This document shows positions 58,045 to 64,000 of a stretch of 64,000 nt of DNA, one piece after another. The notes beneath the pieces are model-generated. The model was not told where the DNA came from. It ran no database searches and saw only the letters and a program-made list of their open reading frames with translations. The position numbers and the translations under genes are program-made. Source of the stretch: Candidatus Heimdallarchaeota archaeon. GTDB lineage: Archaea > Asgardarchaeota > Heimdallarchaeia > Heimdallarchaeales > Heimdallarchaeaceae. The stretch's first letter is position 1; every line of letters begins with the position of its first letter. Where the stretch lies: assembly GCA_030603365.1 (NCBI GenBank), contig JAUVXV010000001.1:544001-608000 (forward strand), given 5' to 3'.

Positions 58045-60124
58045 TTATTTCACCTGAACTTATAATAGCTATAGTTCTAACGACTATATCTGCAATTATT
58101 CCTTGTAATAATTTTATTGATTCACCATCAGTTTTTTCATATTCTCTAATTGAATTTGCGAGAATTTTTTTACAAAGGAATTTTGCGTTTTTGCCGATGG
58201 GGATATCTTTCAAATCACTTTTTAAACCATGTTCATTGGATATAATGTTAATTAGTATTTCTTGTTTTAGTTCAACTAAATTTTTCTGTTCAGTTTCGAT
58301 TTTGCTAGACCAATTGTTTTCTAGTAAGTATTTTTTCGAAATGAAACCAAAAATAATACCATAAAATACAATATCTAAAATTACTAGTAATTCATGAAAA
58401 GGAATAGATTCTTGTTGTTTTAGCATTTCAATATTCTCTCTTATATCTTCAGGTAAAACTTGTTTTCTCGATATCCTTGATAATAATGAAAACAAGTTAC
58501 TGCCATTTTGTGGAAATGGAAAAAGTTTTTCTCTCTCATCTTGATTTATATAAATCAAATTCAATGTTAATAATAAATAAGGTATTAGATGAGTTAAATC
58601 ATCAGATAGTTTGGTTACTAAACCTTTAAACAATTTTTCTAATTTGGATAAAGTTACTTTACCAGTTAATATAACCGAGAATAGATCTTGATATAACAGT
58701 AGAATCTGAAATTCTTTATGTAAGTGCTTATACTCCGTGAAATTAACTTTGGTAATTCTCTCATTTTCCGCTATCTGTAAGGAACGTAAAATTAATTCCA
58801 AATGGGCTCTCCTACTTATGTGGATATATTTAGATAACTCCTTTGAATAATGAATACATTCTTTAAAATCTGATTGTTTCCAGCTTATACCAAAAAGCAG
58901 ATCTAAAAACGCTGTTAATGATGGATCTTTATGTTTTGAAGCTACCTTTACGCCTGTTTGAGCCAATTCCTTTGCGATGTCTAATTTATTAACTACAAAA
59001 AAAATCTGTGATTTTGAAAAATTGATAGCTAATTTACTTTTTTCATCGTTGAACTCTATAGCAAGTTTTTCTAATTTTTCTAGCACTTCTAATGACTGCT
59101 CGTATTTTTCTTGTTGAAACAAGTATTGACTCTTTAAATGCATTAATTTCACAATATCAGTGATGTGATGTGCTTTTTTGTTTGTGTCAAATGACTGGGT
59201 AGCCTCTAAGGTTTTTTCTACAATTCTCTCTGCTTCCTTCGTATTTTTGTCTTTTAACAAAGACTCTATTAATAATACTAACATACTTATTTGCGGACTA
59301 GATATCTCTTTAACAGCTATAGTTTGCAGGTATTTCAAGCTTTTAACTGCTAAAGGATAATTTTTCAGACTATAATACATCCGAGCTTTTGTATTCAGAG
59401 TAGTTTGTTCTCCCTTTTGATGTTTAAGTTTTTTGAAAATTTTTTCTGCTTTTGAAAGATAAGATAAAGCATTTTTTTCATTAAGCAAGTTTGCGTATGT
59501 TGAACCTAGATTCAATAAAAGAGTTGCTTCACCTATCAAGTCCTTTGCTTTAGAACGGATTTTTAGACTGCGTCTATAATAGTCAATTGCTTGGTCATAC
59601 TCTCCAATATAGAAATACATTCCTCCTAAACCTGAGAAACTTTGAGCTAAACCGATTTCATTGTTATTTCTTTTATCAATTTCTATAGCTTGTTCGAATA
59701 GATTTTTACTTTGATCAAAACTACCTTTTTCTAGGTATAAGTTAGCTAAATTGTGAAAAATAGTCGCTCTCATACCCTCACTCAATTTCTCTTCAGAGTT
59801 TTTCAATAACTTATCATATATCTGTAAAGATACATCTTTCTCACCTAAACGTCTCAGAATTTTCGCTCGCTGTATTTCTATATCTGCAGATTCTTCAGAT
59901 GAACAAGCTAGTTCGTTCATTATCTGCTTAACTTTCAAAATATCCTCAAGTGCTTGTTTATTTTTGCTTAAGAAATAATTGGATTGTGAAGAAAAGAGTA
60001 ACATTTCTTTTTTCTCTCTGATATCCTCTACTTCTGATAAATTTGAACTGACAATTTGAGAAACCTCTAGATAATTATGTTCTTCAAATAGCTTTTGAAT
60101 TTGAATTATCAGAGGGTTTGACAT
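58016..60124 (-). CDS. Tetratricopeptide-repeat protein
   Basis: TPR units such as HNLANLY..G, SGLGGMY..GEYDQAIDYY.RSL, LNLGSTY. Confidence 0.85.
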   Translation of the reverse strand: MSNPLIIQIQKLFEEHNYLEVSQIVSSNLSEVEDIREKKEMLLFSSQSNYFLSKNKQALEDILKVKQIMNELACSSEESADIEIQRAKILRRLGEKDVSLQIYDKLLKNSEEKLSEGMRATIFHNLANLYLEKGSFDQSKNLFEQAIEIDKRNNNEIGLAQSFSGLGGMYFYIGEYDQAIDYYRRSLKIRSKAKDLIGEATLLLNLGSTYANLLNEKNALSYLSKAEKIFKKLKHQKGEQTTLNTKARMYYSLKNYPLAVKSLKYLQTIAVKEISSPQISMLVLLIESLLKDKNTKEAERIVEKTLEATQSFDTNKKAHHITDIVKLMHLKSQYLFQQEKYEQSLEVLEKLEKLAIEFNDEKSKLAINFSKSQIFFVVNKLDIAKELAQTGVKVASKHKDPSLTAFLDLLFGISWKQSDFKECIHYSKELSKYIHISRRAHLELILRSLQIAENERITKVNFTEYKHLHKEFQILLLYQDLFSVILTGKVTLSKLEKLFKGLVTKLSDDLTHLIPYLLLTLNLIYINQDEREKLFPFPQNGSNLFSLLSRISRKQVLPEDIRENIEMLKQQESIPFHELLVILDIVFYGIIFGFISKKYLLENNWSSKIETEQKNLVELKQEILINIISNEHGLKSDLKDIPIGKNAKFLCKKILANSIREYEKTDGESIKLLQGIIADIVVRTIAIISSGEISGTKTEKDD

Positions 60125-60157
60125 CTTTTCATCATCGAAGGAAAAATATGTAGAAGA

Positions 60158-60694
60158 TTATCTATCTTCTATTACGATTGTATTTGCTAAGTAGTCCCCA
60201 ATTCTCCGACCTTCATCATTACACAATGGTACAATGTAATCTATTCCTGCAAGAAAACCTAAACATAAGGTTCGAATGCATGATTGACCTGTAGTTATTG
60301 GTTTACCTGTATCATAGTCTACTACTTTAATATTCAATATGGATTTCCCAAATGATTTTCCTTTTTCAGGGATAACATCTCTGAAACACCAAAGTGGAGG
60401 ACATAGATTGTATATGACACCATCTATCAATAAGGCTAGGAAACGATCTAAATAGCTCGCTTTTATTTGCACATAATTACCTGGTACAACTGCAACTGGC
60501 ATCGGTTGAGCTTGCGCATAAGGCGAAGGTTGAACTGGTGCATAAGGTGAAGGTTGTACTGGAGCTGGAGCTTGTTGAGCTTTTGGAGAGGGTACTGATT
60601 CATCTTCAGTTAATTTATGACCGCAATTCAAGCAGAACTTGTCTTCTGGTGCTATAGATGAACCACAATTAGGGCAGAAATATTTTTTCGACAT
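60158..60694 (-). CDS. Zn-ribbon plus RDD-family membrane protein
   Basis: CPNCG...FCLNCG, Pro/Gln linker, RFLALLID, GKSFGK, RRIGD.LANT.V. Confidence 0.85.
   Translation of the reverse strand: MSKKYFCPNCGSSIAPEDKFCLNCGHKLTEDESVPSPKAQQAPAPVQPSPYAPVQPSPYAQAQPMPVAVVPGNYVQIKASYLDRFLALLIDGVIYNLCPPLWCFRDVIPEKGKSFGKSILNIKVVDYDTGKPITTGQSCIRTLCLGFLAGIDYIVPLCNDEGRRIGDYLANTIVIEDR
60516..60563. repeat. Two-copy 24-bp tandem repeat encoding (PVQPSPYA)x2
   Basis: gcataaggcgaaggttgaactggt / gcataaggtgaaggttgtactgga. Confidence 0.8.
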
Positions 60695-60800
60695 TTAAAT
60701 AACACCCATTCTATAATATTCATGTAATTGGAATATATAAGGGTAGTTTAATAAAAAGAATAAAAATCTTTCTCGTAATTTCGAGTATTTTTCAACAGAA

Positions 60801-62024
60801 TTACTCTAATTCCTTTATAATTTTACTATAGGTTTTTACAAGATTTTTTCCAGTTATCGAATAATCATAATTTTTCAAAGCATGATTTTGTGATTTAAAA
60901 GTAATTTCTTGAATCGTATCTTTATTGTGAACAATTTCTAGTACTTTATCTATAATTTGTTCTCTTTTATTGGGAGGGTATAGCCAACCATAATCTGGAG
61001 GTAGTATTTCATTCATTGGGGGTTTATCCATTGCAATTACAGGTAAACCAGACGCCATAGCTTCAATTATTGGTATACCAAAACTGCCTTCTTTTGAAGG
61101 ATATAATAGAATATCACTTACGTGATAAGCTAATAGGAGCTCTTCATCTTTTATGTAACCAGTTATTATGGCTGCATCATCAATTTTCAGATTTACTACT
61201 CGTTCTTTTATCACTTTTAACAGTGGTCCGTCTCCAATTATCAGAAAATTAGTGTTTGGACACCTCAGTAGAATTTCAGGAAAGTAATTTACTACCTCAT
61301 GCTGAGATTTTCGTGTTATAAAGGGACCTTGAAGTAAAATAATAGTTTTACCCTGAGTTAGATCATATTTGTCTCTAAATGCTTCAGTATCTTCGATTTT
61401 AGGTATTTGTGAAAACAACTTACAATTCAATGGATGTTGCACTAAAACAACTTTTTCTTCAACTCTACTTGGTAATCGTTTAATTTTTTCTAACAGAGAC
61501 ATAGAATTAGTTATAATTTTGTCACAGTATTTGACTATTCTTCTAAGAAGTTTAGAATAAGGTCTTTTTACCCAAAGTCTTGTTTTCAGGTTTCCGGTTG
61601 TTACTGCTCCATGCACAGATACAACAAAAGGAATTGTCAATTCTTCCTTCTTCTTAGCAATTGCAAAAGAATGTCCTGCAACCTCCATAGCATGAATAAG
61701 AGAAATGTCTATCTCTGATGATAATTCATTAAAAACTTCTAATGCTTTCTTAGAGAATTTTCTGTGATTTCTAGCATTAAAATTGGTTAATGTACTATAA
61801 GCACCACGGGCCGAAATTTGTTCTGGTAGAAAATAAAAATGTATATTTTCTCTATTCATCAATTCATCATCAGAAGATAATTCGGTTGTTGTGGCAACAT
61901 GGATTTCTATATTTTGATTAGCAAGAGCTTGAATTAATGAATAAACATATCTACGAAGTCCAGCCATTGGCCCAATATAAGGAGGTCCAATCTCTATCGT
62001 AGAAATGAAGATAGAGAAATCCAT
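60801..62024 (-). CDS. GT4-family glycosyltransferase
   Basis: GLRRYV..L, VSVHG, RK, IGDGP, YPSKEGSFGIPIIEAMASGLPVI. Confidence 0.9.
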   Translation of the reverse strand: MDFSIFISTIEIGPPYIGPMAGLRRYVYSLIQALANQNIEIHVATTTELSSDDELMNRENIHFYFLPEQISARGAYSTLTNFNARNHRKFSKKALEVFNELSSEIDISLIHAMEVAGHSFAIAKKKEELTIPFVVSVHGAVTTGNLKTRLWVKRPYSKLLRRIVKYCDKIITNSMSLLEKIKRLPSRVEEKVVLVQHPLNCKLFSQIPKIEDTEAFRDKYDLTQGKTIILLQGPFITRKSQHEVVNYFPEILLRCPNTNFLIIGDGPLLKVIKERVVNLKIDDAAIITGYIKDEELLLAYHVSDILLYPSKEGSFGIPIIEAMASGLPVIAMDKPPMNEILPPDYGWLYPPNKREQIIDKVLEIVHNKDTIQEITFKSQNHALKNYDYSITGKNLVKTYSKIIKELE

Positions 62025-62199
62025 ATGTAAAAATCTGAACCAACTAAAAAAGCATTTTGGTGATAATTTTACATTAAAAAAGCAAAAAAAAGAAGAAAAA
62101 AAGATTATAGATTACATACCTCATACATATTATTGGAAATTTTTTGTCGATTTTTGTTCAACCGATATAGTAAAAAGAATTGATGGAGTAAATAAATAT

Positions 62200-62979
62200 A
62201 TGATTGATGTCGAAGACAGAATTTTTGATTATATTCTCGAAAATGGGCTCTCTTCAAGTTCTGTAAAACTTATTAAGGAAAATCTTCCAAATATCTCAAG
62301 TTCATTTCTCACAGATATTCTTGTTGAAAATATCAATATTCATCTTCAATATAAGCTTCTAATTGAATTCCTTCCAGATATTTGGAAGGATGAAAACACA
62401 AGCTCGAACCTTCTCGCATACATAAGTGGTGTCCTTCATAGACTGATTTATCTTGCTAGAGAGCAACCATTGGGAAAAGAAATTTCAAGCTTCTATAGGG
62501 AAGAATTAGAGTTATTTCATCAACAACTATGTGATTTCAGGCTAGAGTGTTTAGATTCTGTTGAAAGCTTCGAACAGCAGCAATTAGGCAAAGTAGAATC
62601 ATTTGCTGAATTGATTCTAGCTATTGAGTCTCTTCCCAAGTTATCAGCTGAAATAACAGAGATGCTAAGGATCGTCTCCTTACTATTCCTTCAATTTGCA
62701 ACAAATAGAAAACAAAATCTTAGGAATTTAGATGAATTGAGTTTATTCTTAAGTCGATGTTTAGTTTTATGGAAACTAAAAACTCTTACTGATACTGAGT
62801 TTAATGAATGCTTAAAGAAAGCAATAGAGAAATTTTCTGGTTCAATTGATTTAGATAAGTTCGAGGAAATACTTTCTCTTGAAATACAAAACTATCAATT
62901 TTTACAATTTGGTATAAGTCACAGGACTGTAAAACTAATTGCTGATACTTTTAAGAAAATACACGACACTCACTACTGA
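62200..62979 (+). CDS. Hypothetical all-alpha protein
   Basis: The ORF-track start at 62005 overlaps GT4 head-to-head; ATG 62200 with upstream GGAG is more plausible. Confidence 0.55.
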   Translation: MIDVEDRIFDYILENGLSSSSVKLIKENLPNISSSFLTDILVENINIHLQYKLLIEFLPDIWKDENTSSNLLAYISGVLHRLIYLAREQPLGKEISSFYREELELFHQQLCDFRLECLDSVESFEQQQLGKVESFAELILAIESLPKLSAEITEMLRIVSLLFLQFATNRKQNLRNLDELSLFLSRCLVLWKLKTLTDTEFNECLKKAIEKFSGSIDLDKFEEILSLEIQNYQFLQFGISHRTVKLIADTFKKIHDTHY

Positions 62980-63013
62980 TAGCAAAAACAAGTTAGAAAA
63001 AATAGTAGTGTTC

Positions 63014-63454
63014 TTACTTACTATTCACGTATGATTTTAGTTCCTCAGATATTCTTGAAGCTTTCTTGAACTCAGGTGCAAGATAATTCAATAGATCTCT
63101 TGGAACTCCTTTTCTACTAAATATAGTCTGCAGAATCTCACCTAAAACTTCTTCTTTCAGATCTGGGTTTTTCAGCATTTCTTTTACAGAGGTTATCTTC
63201 ATACTTGCGGGAAGATTGTCTTCTAACATAGTAATTGATGACCAGGCTTGTATTGTTGAATAGACAGCCATATCAGGAGTAACTATATCTAAAGCCATTC
63301 GAAAACGCCATTTTTTAACCTCTAATGGTGAACTATCATTAGCAATAGCTCTACCAAGTTTCATAGCATTTTCCTGACTTGGCTTATGACTATAGTCATC
63401 AAGCAAATTCCTTATCGTTTCTTTAGAGGGTACTTTATCCACACTAATCCCCAA
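63014..63454 (-). CDS. Hypothetical alpha-helical protein
   Basis: 146-aa ORF with a TATA-like tatatata about 30-40 nt upstream. Confidence 0.6.
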   Translation of the reverse strand: MGISVDKVPSKETIRNLLDDYSHKPSQENAMKLGRAIANDSSPLEVKKWRFRMALDIVTPDMAVYSTIQAWSSITMLEDNLPASMKITSVKEMLKNPDLKEEVLGEILQTIFSRKGVPRDLLNYLAPEFKKASRISEELKSYVNSK

Positions 63455-63512
63455 CTTTACCTATATAGAAATACGAGTTTGAGAATATATATACCTTACT
63501 CTTTAAGGATTT

Positions 63513-63750
63513 AGAGTAGGGGATTTCGGGAGAAGCAGAAGTTAGCACCTTCTTATAATACACCTTCTGTTAAAGATGACTATGTAAAAAAGGTGGGGTA
63601 GAAAGCACCAAATAACCTTACCGCAAGGTTTTACTATATTTATTCAAAAATAATCGTTCTAGATAGTACTTCAAAGCTTATAAGCCAACACAATCAGAGA
63701 ATAGAGAAAAAATGTGAAAGTGTAAGACTCGAGGTCTCTTAACTTACTCC
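63513..63750. ncRNA. Possible structured non-coding RNA (unassigned)
   Basis: ORF-free interval whose ends can pair (63517-63530 with 63728-63741, 14 bp incl. G-U), with an internal acc-GCAA-ggt hairpin and a TATA about 25 nt upstream. Confidence 0.3.
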
Positions 63751-63752
63751 TT

Positions 63753-64000
63753 TCAAGATTTGAATAGATTATAGAAAGCTAAAATCGAATAAATAGCTGT
63801 TCCTTTCCACAATATTTCCTCATCTACATCGAATTTTGGATGATGGTGGGGGTGAATTATACCTTTTTCTTCATTATACAGCCCAAGAGCTATGAATGCT
63901 CCTTTTGTTTTATTCAAATAGAAAGCAAAATCTTCTCCACCCATAGTAAGTTCAGCTTCTTTTACCTCATCAAGAGGTTTTAGGATCTCAATTAAATCTT
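63753..64000 (-). CDS. M20 amidohydrolase, C-terminal fragment (5' end outside the window)
   Basis: MGGEDFAFY...G...HHPKFDVDE. Confidence 0.9.
   Translation of the reverse strand, partial: DLIEILKPLDEVKEAELTMGGEDFAFYLNKTKGAFIALGLYNEEKGIIHPHHHPKFDVDEEILWKGTAIYSILAFYNLFKS

Noticed and set aside
62005-62199. N-terminal extension of the 324-aa ORF
   Set aside because: It overlaps the GT4 start head-to-head and spans AT-rich promoter DNA; ATG 62200 has an SD.
1-64000. CRISPR arrays, tRNA/rRNA genes, transposases, integrases, prophage
   Set aside because: No periodic repeats, cloverleaf motifs or mobile-element proteins were seen by eye; very short or intron-split tRNAs cannot be excluded without tRNAscan-SE.

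Overview
AT-rich (about 30-33% GC by eye), densely coding archaeal chromosome segment. It is most likely an Asgard archaeon (Heimdallarchaeia-like), judged from archaeal AlaRS/ArgRS, PriS/PriL, Cgi121, AMP phosphorylase and COG1107 RecJ, plus two roadblock proteins, a longin-like protein and many C-terminally anchored surface proteins. I saw no rRNA, tRNA, CRISPR array or transposase. The standout is a four-gene, fully overlapping operon at 39180-43996. It encodes an SMC5/6-type ATPase, a kleisin-like protein, a tandem winged-helix KITE (Nse1/Nse3-like) protein and a RING-like Zn-finger protein. Together these look like a minimal prokaryotic Smc5/6 complex with a 'split Nse1' and no Wadjet JetD nuclease. 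Other items of note are a very eukaryote-like primase pair downstream of dinB, a Site-1-protease-like S8 peptidase, an ABC permease with an inserted LVIVD propeller, a PIP-box PD-(D/E)xK nuclease, a thioredoxin-DICT-like fusion, a polyprenol kinase/DUF92 fusion, two unannotated Cys-rich microproteins and a possible structured ncRNA near 63.6 kb. All family assignments come from motif recognition and recalled sequences; no database search was run.
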